From positions 620,001-684,000 of the forward strand of contig CDRNVI010000054.1 in the NCBI GenBank assembly GCA_977017575.1: a DNA stretch of 64,000 nucleotides. The letters are read 5' to 3'. The position numbers were made by a program, and so were the translations under genes. Positions 19,476-30,959 of this stretch are shown one piece after another. Every line of letters begins with the position of its first letter. Positions within the stretch are counted from its first letter, which is position 1. This DNA is from Paramoeba atlantica. Taxonomy: Eukaryota; Protista; Discosea. Below the pieces are notes generated by a model. The model did not search any database and was not told the origin of the DNA. It was given only the letters and a program-made list of their open reading frames with translations.

Positions 19476-20250
19476 CCGTTGGACCCGCCCCAGTAATAGA
19501 CCCCCCCCGTAACAAGGATTTGACCCTTGTGGCGTCTCCCGCAACCGCACCAGGATCTTTCGAGTTCCCGAAGTGTTTCCGAATTTCATGTTCTAACCGT
19601 CCAATCAAGTTGCTTCGGTACAGCTCACTGCAGAAATGACGGTATTCCCATTCTTTCGGGCGGGAAGGTTTTTCCTGGGGGAGATTATGAGCCGCGAGAT
19701 CATACCCACCGGGTGCCGATACACTTTGTTCGCAAACGGGGGCTTTGGCCTCCAGACGTGGGCTTCGCTCACAGTTGGGCCTGGCCTCCAGACACGTAAA
19801 CTAAGTGTTACTGTCGTGGGCTACGCTCACAGTTTGGCCTTATGTGACAGAGCATAGGAAAATACACAGTGTAGAATCATACAGGTAAGTCTGCAGAGAT
19901 TTATAAGGTGAAGACGCGCACAAAACGCGTTTTTGTCACCTGTTTCTATTCAGCGGCACTAAGAACGTTCTCCTGCATCCGATTTTTGTCGTTGCGGTGT
20001 TGATGCACTATGTCATAGTGCTAGTATGAAGCTCCCACTCAGAGCCTTAACGGTCATATTGCGCCGGCACTCAGCAACCAGCTCATCATTATATTCTACA
20101 ATATACTCCTTCCCGTTGGAAATAGTCATTGTTTGCTTTTCTTTCGTACGAACGACTTTGACTGAAATCACTCCCACTGGCGCTAAAGTTTTCCCCTTCA
20201 GTTCGCCGTCGACGCTAACGCTAGTTTCATCTCCGAAAATAACATACACT
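19476..20250 (-). mobile_element. pogo-like relic with one terminus
   Basis: VIFGDETSVSVDG...EKQT motif (20013-20249, shared with the 2330-3617 family); TA-CCGTTGGACCCGCCCCAGTAATAGACCCCCCCCGTAA terminus at 19476. Confidence 0.5.
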
Positions 20251-20405
20251 CCCTTTAATTAATAATGATAATTGAAAAAATATTTTTACCTCGGGATGTG
20301 AAAATTACTCAAAAATTATCAAAAACATTTGAATCTTGTCTTGTTTTTTCCCTTCGTAGACAAAGAATCATACTACACAGATGTATGTTTATTTCTGATC
20401 TCCCC

Positions 20406-21821
20406 TTATTGCCGCAATAATAATATTGCGTTCATAAATAATTCATAAATAATTCGGATCTCTCTGAAACCGCACGAAACCGCGGCGAAACCGCGCGAAA
20501 CCGTGCTGACTCCCTTTCTCCCTGAAAGCTTGGCACCACTGTGAAATGAGTTCATGTAACCTTTTCTAAGCTTGAAAATAGGGGTTTCAGTCCAAGAGGT
20601 CAGTGCACTTTTCGCCACGTTGTTTAGAAATTGTCCGACACATGGAATAAGTACGAGCTTTGGAAATGGAGTCTGAGTGTTGTTTTCTAATGGATGAATC
20701 GCACTACGAACGGAGTTGCTTACATCTGTCCAATCTTGAGTGCCTAGTCTAGACAAACGATGAAAGAAGTCTGCAAGCTCACTTTCAGCTTCATCACGTG
20801 CGACATGATTTACCGCTGCCCCGTCAGCAATAATGTACGCCCATTTGGCCAACCGTGCAGCACCTAAATGCCGACGTAGATCGTTGACGATAAGCATGCC
20901 AATTTCTGCACCATTAAACGAGCCTCTTCTAGGGTGATACATGGGGGGGAGGATCCACTCAAAAGGGCCAACGTACAATACCACAACCATGATGTGTTCG
21001 CTTAGTACTTGATCCGTACCCCCATCTATGGCAACGCCAAAGATATCATATTCGTCAATCGAGCCCAATATTTTCTCCCACAACACGTGAGATATTTCAA
21101 CGATATCATTTTCGAATGACCTCACAGTTTTCGGGATTTCCCTTCGCATTACTTCACTTGGGGCATCAGGACGAACTTCTTCCAATTGACGAAACAAACG
21201 AACGGCCACGGAAAGAGGAATGTTCGTACTTGCTATCGCAGTTGGAAACACCTTGTGCCAAAACTCATGAGGACTGATTTCCTTCGCTTTGGGAGTCTGA
21301 ACGTCACGACTGATTCCTGAACAATGGTGGTTAAGGTGCATGTTGTATGTGGATTCGCAATGTGAATGAAACACCTCTTTGCAGTATCGACACCGAAGAT
21401 GAAGTGAGTGTCCCGAGGCGTCCTTCAGTGCCTGTTCTTCATATTGGTTGCGTACCTCGGCAGCTTTACATACTGAATCATTGCTACACACCTCGTCAAG
21501 AAAATGAGCCTGAATGCTGGCTTTCTTGAGAAGATTTATACTTCCCCGTGTACGTGTCCTTTTCTTGGCCCGGTTCGGAGTGGCTTGAGCATCGAGGGAA
21601 GACTGGGAGGGAGCTTCCGAGATTCTTTGTGACATTGTGGCAGCTGCTTCTCGGCGGTCTCTAGCCGAAGCAAGTGTTCTAGGAGGTGTTGCATCATCCA
21701 CTCCAGGCAAAATGATCCCCTCGTTTCTCACTAAATTCGTTGGAGCGGTATTCGATGGAGGTGGCGCTGGGGAATCTGAATCCGGTACAGAGCGGCGTGC
21801 TCGTGGCTTCTCTTTGGGCAT
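20406..21821 (-). pseudogene. hAT transposase, N-terminal two-thirds (family 1)
   Basis: BED-like CRYC...HLNHHC finger, VAIDGGTD and IIADGAAVN aspartates, IPCVGQFLN (CxxH variant); catalytic Glu and dimerisation domain absent. Confidence 0.8.
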
Positions 21822-21972
21822 ATATTTCCGATGATGTGGAAGAAACTATAAAAGCGTATAGTGATATAGGAATCAGAAGAAATACTATAAAAAAAACTAT
21901 GCATAAAAAGTTGGATTCAAACGTTTATAGGAGTAATAAACATATTACATGGAGAAGGAGTAGATAAATATT

Positions 21973-22031
21973 TGGGTTCAGTGGGTTCAGTGGGTTCAAT
22001 GAACCAAGAAATAGGGTTCACTGAACAACTA
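21973..22031 (-). repeat. Probable hAT 5' terminus with GGGTTCA subterminal repeats
   Basis: Minus strand starts TAGTTGTTCAGTGAACCC; four GGGTTCA motifs; 210 bp upstream of the hAT ORF; partner end not found. Confidence 0.55.
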
Positions 22032-22039
22032 GGTATGGG

Positions 22040-22930
22040 AGCATGTGCCCAAACTCTCGTTCCGTATGCGTTTCGGAGTAGATCCGATTGGTTGTTTGTC
22101 GGAAGACTCGAATGTGTTTATATTTTTGAGAACCAGTGCTTTTCCAATAATCTTTCACAACTTGACGTTGCATAATCGTCCAACATGAGATCGAATTCCG
22201 CTTCAAGAATCTCTCGTGTTCCATTATTTGCAAAAAGTCGTCGCACCCTACTCTTTATCCCGAAGTATACTAACATCGCTTCAACGACAATACGCTTCAT
22301 CTGATTGATAGCTTTATCCGTAGAAAATTCCGCGTACAAAAATCCGAGTATAGCTGCTAGTGATAACGCATCCGAAGATACTGTGCAAGATTTGAGCTGC
22401 CTCCCGTGGCAGTATACCACTGTTCGAAAATGGTAAAGAAACCATTCACGCATTGAAGATCAGTCGTGTCGGATGTTTCACACAAATTGCCGAGTGCACG
22501 AAGTGGAATAAGTAAATAAAATATTTTCATCATATTCTCCTGGTCTCACATTGTTAACGAAGCTGCTATTTCCGAGGAGTTGCTTGCTTTGAGCGCAGCT
22601 CGAATCTGCTCATACCCTGACCGCCAGCGCGTCTCATTCTTTTTAGGAAGAGTATTTCCCGTGCTTCCTTTGTATCAGTCGCTAAGCGCAAGACATGTAA
22701 TCCACTCAGGTATTAATGAGGTCCTTTGCGAACACGGACGCTGCGTCTCGCAAATTATATCATTGCACAGTTGTACAACATGTGGCCAACACGGTAAAAT
22801 ACATGATATTGAATATCATGCATTGTGCGAGAGCCAGGCAGGTGGATTTTTGTAGAATAACACATCGAATTGCAGAGAAGAGGTGCACGGTGAATCGGAC
22901 ACTGCGTCTGCGAGAGCGAGTAAAATTAAC
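22040..22930 (-). pseudogene. hAT transposase C-terminal relic (family 2)
   Basis: LPCWPHVVQL (CxxH, clearest in copy 51314-51508), NETRWRSGY, ATSSCERL; many stops and frameshifts. Confidence 0.65.
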
Positions 22931-23224
22931 TACCGCTTATTATACTAAGTAGTATAAGCATTATAAGTATAAAGATAGTAATGGGATTATGATGAGATTG
23001 CACGTAGCTAGTATCGGAGCCTTTTTAAGGATCCCAGTTTAATGCGCAAACGATCAAGTGTCAATTGTCCAACTTCAAAATGCTTTTCAGAATCATCAAT
23101 TTGATTCTGGCGATCTGCTCTTGCTCGCATCCATTGCTTCAATAATTCCTAAGGAAATTTCAATTCTTCATTTAGATAAAAGGGCATCTGCAAGGCTTCC
23201 TTAAGTCGGTTTTCCAATATGTTC

Positions 23225-23296
23225 CTCCAGGGTATGTACTTGTACATACCCTGGAGTTTACTCGTAGTGAATCACTGCGGTTCACTACGGGTAAAC
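23225..23296. repeat. Two abutting hairpins (15-bp and 16-bp stems)
   Basis: CTCCAGGGTATGTAC-TT-GTACATACCCTGGAG then GTTTACTCGTAGTGAA-TCACTGCGG-TTCACTACGGGTAAAC (one mismatch); also at 51868-51939. Confidence 0.9.
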
Positions 23297-23749
23297 CGCA
23301 GCATCATAGTACTATAAATCTATAAAAATCTATAACAGAAAAAAGTGATCAAAAACGTTTTGATGCTCTCTTTTAGCACCAGAGACACCATGTACAAAGT
23401 CAATTTATGACAGGCTTAATCAAGCTTTTTATGTTTCGCGGCAGAAAACTTAGTTTTCAGTTTTTTGCTTGTGCGTCTTCCGCCACGGGAGAAAAAAGAA
23501 GTTACAAGGACTCTCTTTTGAAGGAGAAACGTGTCCAAACCCGACGAAAATCAATCAAAAAAATTTATTTTTTTATACATAGTAATTGAAAAATTATAAT
23601 ACTATATAGTACTATAATTATAGATTTTGTAGATTTTCAGACCCCTGAAAAATACCTAAAAAAGAATCTTTAAAGTGCATTAAATTCAGTAACTCGAATT
23701 TTCAGGAATCAATTTTCAGGAATTGAATTTCTGCAGGATTCGACGAGGA

Positions 23750-25010
23750 TACACCCCCTTTTCCTTGACGGAAAATAAGGCGGCAAGAAAAATAGTCACT
23801 GTTTGCTTTTCGTTCGTACGAACGACTTTGACTCAAATCACGCCCACTGGCGCTAAAGTTTTCCCCTTCAGTTCGCCGTCGACGCTAACGCTAGTCTCAT
23901 GACAAAACTTTTATCTCCGAAAATAACAGAGCTGTACTGACGAACATCGTGCTGCGAGTACAAATGATGCGACTGTCGTCTTATACGTTGACCAATATCT
24001 GATGCTTGAGTCCATCAAAACACGTAACGATAGTGCTTATACGCTCTTTCTTTTGCTTTTTCACCCAGTCCTTCATGAAATGTTCCATGATGACTCATCA
24101 ACTGGAGCACCCTATCTCGAGTGATAAGGATATGACCATTCAACAGACCGAGAAGGGATTCATGAACCTTTGTTATTGAATCTTGTCGCGAGCTATTGAA
24201 AGCTCGCTCACACTTCCGGCCGCGACCTCCATGATTTATTCTTGATTGATATTCTTTTTCTCCGACTCGCTTTATTTTAAACGATATAAATTATATATAT
24301 TATATATATTATATATTTACAATATAATATAAAGGAAGAAGGAATATAATATATTATATGTATGATAAACTATATTTATACGACTTCGCAAGTTTTGATA
24401 CGGAAGACGAAGAACGACACACGGACAACTTGTCTTGCACCGACAAGTTCTTTCTGCGGTATGTTGATGGGGGAACAAAGGGAGGGGGAGTGGGACATGC
24501 TGAAAGAGAATTTTGGGAGAGCGAGATACCAGGTTCTTGTCCGGAAGCAAAAGATCCGACTACACGTGATATACGAGCCACTGGAGTTCGCGAAATGATC
24601 CAGTTAACGGTCCACGCGGCACCAGACCCTCCCGAGAATTCATAGGACAATAATTTTCAGGAGAAGTTTTCTATAGTTCCTAAACAAGGTCTTGCAGCTT
24701 TTTTATACACTTTTTTACACTCGGATAGCTATGCCCCGGAAAAAAGCCGCTGCTTCTTTCATCGGGGGATTTCATAAAAAAAACATGCCCCCCCTAAACA
24801 AATCTTTGGCCTTTAAGACAAAATAGCCCTATCAAAGGGGGGGCACGCGTAGCCCTATTAAATAGGGCCGTTTCTGTAATTACATGCTCTGACTTTTTTA
24901 TGTGACAGACCCCCCCTAGTTATACAGGGGGTGTATACACATACCCCTAGTTGGGGTATATGTCACACCCCTACCCCCCCTAGTTATACGTCACTTTTCC
25001 ACGAAAAGTA
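23750..25010 (-). mobile_element. Second copy of the pogo-like 5' half (terminus deleted)
   Basis: Near-identical to 2330-3590; the terminal GGGGGGTACAG is missing. Confidence 0.6.
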
Positions 25011-25062
25011 GTAAAATTATTTTTAATTTTTTAAAAAACAATAATTTACATTCTAACTTTAC

Positions 25063-25959
25063 ATGCCACACTTAACGCTACAGACGATCGTGCGGCTCAC
25101 ATGTTCGGATATTCAGGAGCCATCGACTAAACGTCGTAAAGTCGAAACTCCAGTATCTTCGAACACCCATTCCGATGAACAAATTACAAATATGAGATCG
25201 CGTATTGCCAAAGTGAGTGCTGCTAATTTACCCCAAGAGTATCACCTTGTTCGTCTCCTCGCGGAAGTCCACAACTTGGACGAATCGTGGAGTCTTCACA
25301 CGCCAGCATGTGAGTGGGAAGGTGTGATTTGTTTGGAGCGGGAAGAAGTCACCCGCATAGAATGGGGTCTACTACATTTGGCAGGCACTATGAACCTGAT
25401 TCATCTCCCACATAGTCTGTACGATTTTAATGCGAGTCAGAACGCGCTGGAAGGTGCGGTGCCGCTCACGCGCTTGCCTTCGGAACTGCGATCACTAACT
25501 CTGTACGAAAATCGATTTGAAGGCGAGTTGGACTTGACTTCCCTTCCGCACTGTTTCGAAGATTTGACTTTGAATGACAACAGGTTCAATGGAACTGTAT
25601 GTTTGACGAGTCTGCCGGTCAATATGCAAAATGTGAACCTTAGCGGAAATCGTCTTACCGGGTCACTTGATTTGACTTTGTTTCCGCCTAACATACGTCA
25701 AGTATATCTCTCTGGAAATCAGTTGTCCGGCGAACTCGATCTCCGACAACTTCCTTCGGGGATTCGGCACCTTGATTTGTCGCGCAATATGTTTTCTGGT
25801 GATGTCAACTTGGCGGGGCTTCCATGTTCATTGAGGGGTTTGGATTTATCAGATAATGTGAACTTGCGTAGCAACGTAACAAAATCGCCATTTCCTGAGC
25901 ATGTGCAAGAGTACGGTTTGTGCGTATATAACACACAGATAAAGCTCGAGAATCATTGA
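25063..25959 (+). CDS. Leucine-rich repeat protein, 298 aa
   Basis: Intact paralogue of 3677-4573. Confidence 0.92.
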   Translation: MPHLTLQTIVRLTCSDIQEPSTKRRKVETPVSSNTHSDEQITNMRSRIAKVSAANLPQEYHLVRLLAEVHNLDESWSLHTPACEWEGVICLEREEVTRIEWGLLHLAGTMNLIHLPHSLYDFNASQNALEGAVPLTRLPSELRSLTLYENRFEGELDLTSLPHCFEDLTLNDNRFNGTVCLTSLPVNMQNVNLSGNRLTGSLDLTLFPPNIRQVYLSGNQLSGELDLRQLPSGIRHLDLSRNMFSGDVNLAGLPCSLRGLDLSDNVNLRSNVTKSPFPEHVQEYGLCVYNTQIKLENH

Positions 25960-27105
25960 ATCATTTATAGTTGCATCATTTATAGTTTATTAGTCAAACG
26001 TCGATCCCACTTCGAGAACAATAAGGAACCTGGATTGCCATTCGCGAGGGCCTTCCATTAACCACTGTATACCGTACTATCACTATCGCCTTCGCCATCC
26101 CCTTCATTTTACCCTTCATTATCGCCATGATCATCCCATGATTCCGGTTTTCCGCGTTTCTTAGTGGGGGGGAGGCGCAGTGGCCGCCGTTGGAAAAACA
26201 ACTAGTGGCTGGATCGGGACTTTCATATTCACGAGAATAGCAGGCCGAGGCAAATGAAGTGTGTCCTAGGGGCTAACTGACGATGAATGCACAGCATGGA
26301 CTGTAATACCCCCCGTGACAACATCCACTTCCTTTCGGTAACCTCGGTCTCCTTTAAGCCTGCTATACCGGCCCAAAGCCCGGAGCCACGTATCAGTTCG
26401 ACCGTACGGTGGAAAGGTGATGGAAAGAGAAATCGTAATCAAAAGAATTTGTAAAAAAATCTACTATCTAAACTTGTTTAATACTAAACTATGTTCCAGG
26501 ATAGTATACCCGTGCCCACTTAGTATACCTACCCCCCCCTCCCAGCAACAGGAGCGGGAGACATCCCTTTTTTAGAAGCGACAGATCCATTTTCTAGCCA
26601 TCACACGGCAAGAAATCGCATTTTAAGGTCAAGGCAACATTTTTCTAGCAACTACTGATAAATTAAATATAATTATAAATTATTTTTTGCTTTTTAGACA
26701 AAATTTAGTATACCCATACATCTCCCTAGTACGGATAGTACGGTACTTCATACATTTTGAAAAACGTTTTGTGATGAAGCGGGACCTTGACTATGAATTT
26801 CAATCAAAGAAAGCTCGTGTTTTTTATTGGTAAACAATGATGGGATTATGAACAATGATGGGATATGATGGGAGTATGTAATGTTGGGATCGTAGAGTTC
26901 TACGGAAGAAATTGGAAAGCAGGATTCGGAGCTCGTTAGCTTCAACGTCTCCACCAGCGTCCCCTTCATCATCCCCATCATCGTTCCCTTCGTCATACCC
27001 TCCATCCCCTTTATCATTCCCCTCATTATCCCCATCATCTCCTTCATCATCCGCTTCACTCTCTGGTATTCTTTTTACCCCGTAGACGCATGTCTTCAGC
27101 TTATA

Positions 27106-27533
27106 CCGTATACCCCCCAGGAAGAGAGATTTGGCTCTTTTTGGGCTGGCCCCCAGTAAGAGAGATTTAGCCCTTATTCTGGGCAATCAAATGAGGTTGA
27201 AGCACAGAGAAGAAAACGCACAATCAAAAACAAAGAGTCAATATTTTATATGAAGCATACGAAAATCAAATATAGTTGGGCTGGAGTCTTGGACAACGCT
27301 TTCTAACGCAAGTTGTATGCGAATGTCCGTTGTCATAACTTAAAAAAAGTAGATGAAATGAAATCAATGACAGAATGACAATTTCTTTTAGACAGAACTA
27401 TTCGAAAAAGAGAAAAACTCTAAAAAAAAGGTTGTCAAAAAAGTTTGGAGAAAAAAGAAAACTGGCCTAAAAAGCATAACCCCCCAGTAAGAGAGATTTG
27501 GTCAAAACCCACTCTTACTGGGGGGTTGTACGG
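27106..27533. mobile_element. pogo-type MITE, 428 bp (also 33637-34064 and 40165-40592)
   Basis: TA-CCGTATACCCCCCAG...CTCTTACTGGGGGGTTGTACGG-TA; internal CCCCCAGTAAGAGAGATTT repeats. Confidence 0.8.
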
Positions 27534-27715
27534 TAGTACCCCATTGGGGTGCAAAGGAACCTTCCTAGGCAATAAAGAAAAAGTTTCTGTAACTTTTCGT
27601 TCCCTTGCTTTTTTTGGCGATGGACCCCGCTAGATATCTGTCGCATTTTGACCCCCGTAACTATCTGTCACACCCATACCTGTAAAATTATTAATAATTT
27701 TTCCTTCTAATAATA

Positions 27716-27811
27716 CTGTCCTCCCTCCCCTTAAGCGCACACGGTCAGACCCCCCCCCCGTTTAAGCGCACTTTTCACGGAAAACGAGGTGCGCTTAAAC
27801 GGGGGGGACAG
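27716..27811. mobile_element. 96-bp foldback mini-element (also 34247-34340 and 40775-40870)
   Basis: TA-CTGTCC...TTAAGCGCAC / GTGCGCTTAAACGGGGGGGACAG-TA with an internal inverted copy. Confidence 0.75.
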
Positions 27812-27879
27812 TAATTATTATTAAAGAATTATTAATAATTATTAAAGTACATCCTAATGCCGAAAAGTATGGACCATAT

Positions 27880-27971
27880 TCGCGTCGAGAACTCTCCTTT
27901 GCAACAAAACTCAGGTGAAACGGACCCAAGGACAAAAACAGGAGGTGTCCTGATATTGGCGATCCCCCCTG
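27880..27971. repeat. Solo TIR of a second Tc1 subfamily (present in each tandem unit)
   Basis: CTCTCCTTTGCAACAAAACTCAGGTGAAACGG aligns with the TIR at 1704-1813; ends CCCCCCTG-TA. Confidence 0.7.
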
Positions 27972-28344
27972 TATAAGGTTTCAATACTGGTGGCAGAGGC
28001 AAAGTTCATCCACTTCTTGATATGGTGGGTGGTTCTCTTTTGTAGCCTCTCAATGAATGAGTAAGGCTGGCATGAACAACGAATGAAAGCGCAATTTGGA
28101 TAGGACGGCGTGTTGGTAGATCCATAGTTTGGATGAGAACCTTTGGATTAAACCCGTAGTGGATTAGGAGGTTTCTGAAGGCCTCCTTGACCTCCTTCTA
28201 CATAAAATAAGGGAACACTAATTAAGGGAATAAGTTTTTTTGAAAACCATTTTCCCTTAATTAGTGTAATTCTTAATTAATGTTTCCACGGTATATCTCA
28301 TTTTTTGTTATAATTTATAATTTATAAAAATTAATGAGAGGGAG

Positions 28345-30518
28345 AGTATGGTGTCGCCACCGCCGCTGGCGCCGAACGCATGATTCATCTCTGTCGTCAG
28401 ACGGTGACCAAGCATGCTGACGACCCAGATTTCGTCCTGTGCAAAATTGATCTCTCAAACGCGTTTAATGACGTCTCAAGATCCGCCTTTCCCTCCTTGA
28501 CTCAGAAGCACTTTCCTAACCCCCTCTCTAAATGGGTAGAATGGTGTTACGAAACGGACAGCTACGTCACCTTTGGGCAACACATTCTGCACTCCGCAGA
28601 AGGCGTTCAACAAGGCGATCCCTTGGGACCGCTCCTTTTCTCCCTGGTAATCCATCATCTCGCGCAAATTTTTATTTATTTTTTTTATTTATTAACGCTG
28701 AGTTTCCTGAAGAACTTTTCCTCCATGTCTGGTACCTTGACGACGGGGTACTTGCCGGCAAGGCGGCGCTCGTCAAGCAAGCCCTCGAAGTCATTGAGCG
28801 GGAAGGTCGACAGCTCGGACTCCTTCTTAACACTCAGAAGTGTGAAGTGACCCTACACCCCCCGTCCGCACACCTCGTGACTTTATTCCCTGAGATCCCA
28901 TAACAAAGAATTCTCTTCGATGGCAATTTCAGCATCCTAGGCAGCCCGGTGGGATCCGCGCAATACTGTAGTGATTACCTTCGCGAACACGCCTTGGCCC
29001 CAGCATTCTCCACACTTAGCGCTATAAAGAAAATCGTCGATCCCCAAGTGGCGTTAACCCTCATCCGCCAGTGCTCTGGCTTTTGTCAGCTCGTCTTCTC
29101 CCTCCGCACCACAGACCCTAAACGCCTATTAGATCTATGTTTGCGTCTCGACACCGCGGTGCTACAAGCTTTAGAGGACGCACTTTGCTCACTCGATCCT
29201 TCCGGGTGCGCTCAGCGCTCAGCGCAGAAAAAAATATGGCGGTTTTGGACTTCCTCTTCTCTTTTCTACTCAGCGGGGTACGCTTCCTCAGTCTCCTTCG
29301 CAGCCAGCCAAGACGGATGGGATGCACTGGATGCAGAAGGATTCCGGGAGGCAATGACCCACGTAAACGAACTATCCGGAAGACCCCTCATCAACGTCCA
29401 TACAGGGTACGTCTTACCAGAGGATCCTGAGTCCCCCCGGCAAATCCAACACCACCTAAAGACCAACTAAAGAAAACACCAACTAAAAAAGATGGCTTCT
29501 TCTCAAAGTGGGGATGGGGTCGCAAACTGGGCCTTTGCTCTCCCATCCAAAGAGCTGGGGTACGCCCTTATCCCTACGGCGTTCCGCGCCCTGGCCCGTT
29601 GGTGGCTCGGGGCAGACGTCCACAATGCCCCCCGCCCTTGCCCTGTGGACAAGTGTAGCCAACCGCTAGGCCGAACCAGATGGCAGGCACGCCCTAGCTT
29701 GCAAAAGTGGCTACGGTCTACTTTCTCGGCACAACGCCCTGGTCGACCACTTCTACGACGTGTGTACCAAGGCGCACTTCGCCCCACAACGAGAGGTTAG
29801 CCTACGGCCCTGGCGGTTGCCCCACCCGACCAGGAGACGTATTCCTCCCGAACTTTGGCCTAGCTACCGGCTTGGTATTGGACTTCTGCGTTACCCACGT
29901 TCAGTAACCCACATACATATGGTATATGTATGCTCGGGTATATGTATGCTCGGGTATATGTATGCTCGGGCATGTGTAATCACTTGGATATGCGCAAAAC
30001 AAAGAAGGTTTATGAAAAATAATCAACATGTTCGTGGGATGTGTACCTCCCCAGAAAGTGTTCAATGCGTTCTATGTGTTCAATTAAAAAAAGAAGTGTT
30101 CATAGAACACACAGGTATATTATACGGACTGAGTCCGAGGTGCTAACGTGTGGAAAGCGGGATCCTTTGCCGAGCGGTACGCTACGGAGCACAAACGGAG
30201 CGCCTCGAGGCTGAATCCCAAGGGTACAGATTCACCGCTATGGCAGTGGAATCCTTCGGATCGTGGTCCGACAGCGCGCAGGCCATTCTCCGTGAGGTCG
30301 CCGAGCGTCGCTCAGCCGCTTCGCAGGGCACTCTTTCGAGAGGAAAGGCCTTCCAACGCCTCCTCACGGAAATGAATGTGACTCTAATGCGAGCCCAAGC
30401 GCGCATGCTGGTAAGTCGGATGCCCGCAGAGAACTTGCGTCCTTCGTTGCGCACGTGAGGACGTGAAAATAATGGAAATATGTGTGAAGCTTTAAGCGTA
30501 GTAAGTTGGAAAAAAAAA
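28345..30518 (+). mobile_element. CRE-clade RT-RLE non-LTR retrotransposon, 5'-truncated, degenerate (subfamily A)
   Basis: KIDLSNAFN, QQGDPLGPLLF, WYLDDG, ILGSPVG, RPGDV, VLDFCVTH, MAVESFGSWS; stop at 30458; A9 run near 30510; in-frame stop and frameshifts. Confidence 0.9.
29905..30147. mobile_element. ~240-bp insertion in the CRE endonuclease region with 16-bp tandem repeats
   Basis: Interrupts DFCVTHVQ / VWKAGSFAE; GGTATATGTATGCTCG x3 (29921-29968); terminal CGGACT-G-AGTCCG hairpin; second copy ~6.53 kb downstream. Confidence 0.7.
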
Positions 30519-30959
30519 GGATTTACTTTCCACGCTTCTTTCCTTGAATCTAGAACGTAGTAGTTTCTCAGGCAACGTTCCGTTAGAACTATTGCCTGGT
30601 CATCTGGAAAAACTGGACCCGAATACTTTTTCGTGATGCTAGATTTCGGGACCGTGCCGAAAACCGTGGTCAAACTGAGTGTCTCCCGCAATCAGTTTGC
30701 AAAGATCTTGTGATCAAAGCGGATGGATGACGTTCTGAGAGTGATGAATAGAACAACTTGTAGGTCATCATAATACACACAAGAACAATTTGTAGGTCGT
30801 CGTCGTCGTTCTCAAAATAGATAACGCACACGAATTTATAACGCGCACGAATAAAGCGAAAGTATAAAATCACAAAACAAATACCTAAAAAAGACTATTT
30901 AAAGTGCATTAAATTCAGTAACTCGAATTTTCAGGAATCAATTTTCAGGAATTGAATTT

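Noticed and set aside
23225-23296. AAV-like T-shaped ITR
   Set aside because: The two hairpins abut, but no flanking A/A' stem closes them.
26748-27186. ORFs MKRMMKEMMG... and MPRIRAKS...GDDGD (three copies each)
   Set aside because: Low-complexity readings of a degenerate 12-bp repeat; one ORF starts inside a MITE.
28671-28690. Intron or poly(A) retro-insertion in the CRE RT
   Set aside because: 20 nt with no GT-AG and no target duplication relative to copy 3; slippage-type insertion is more likely.
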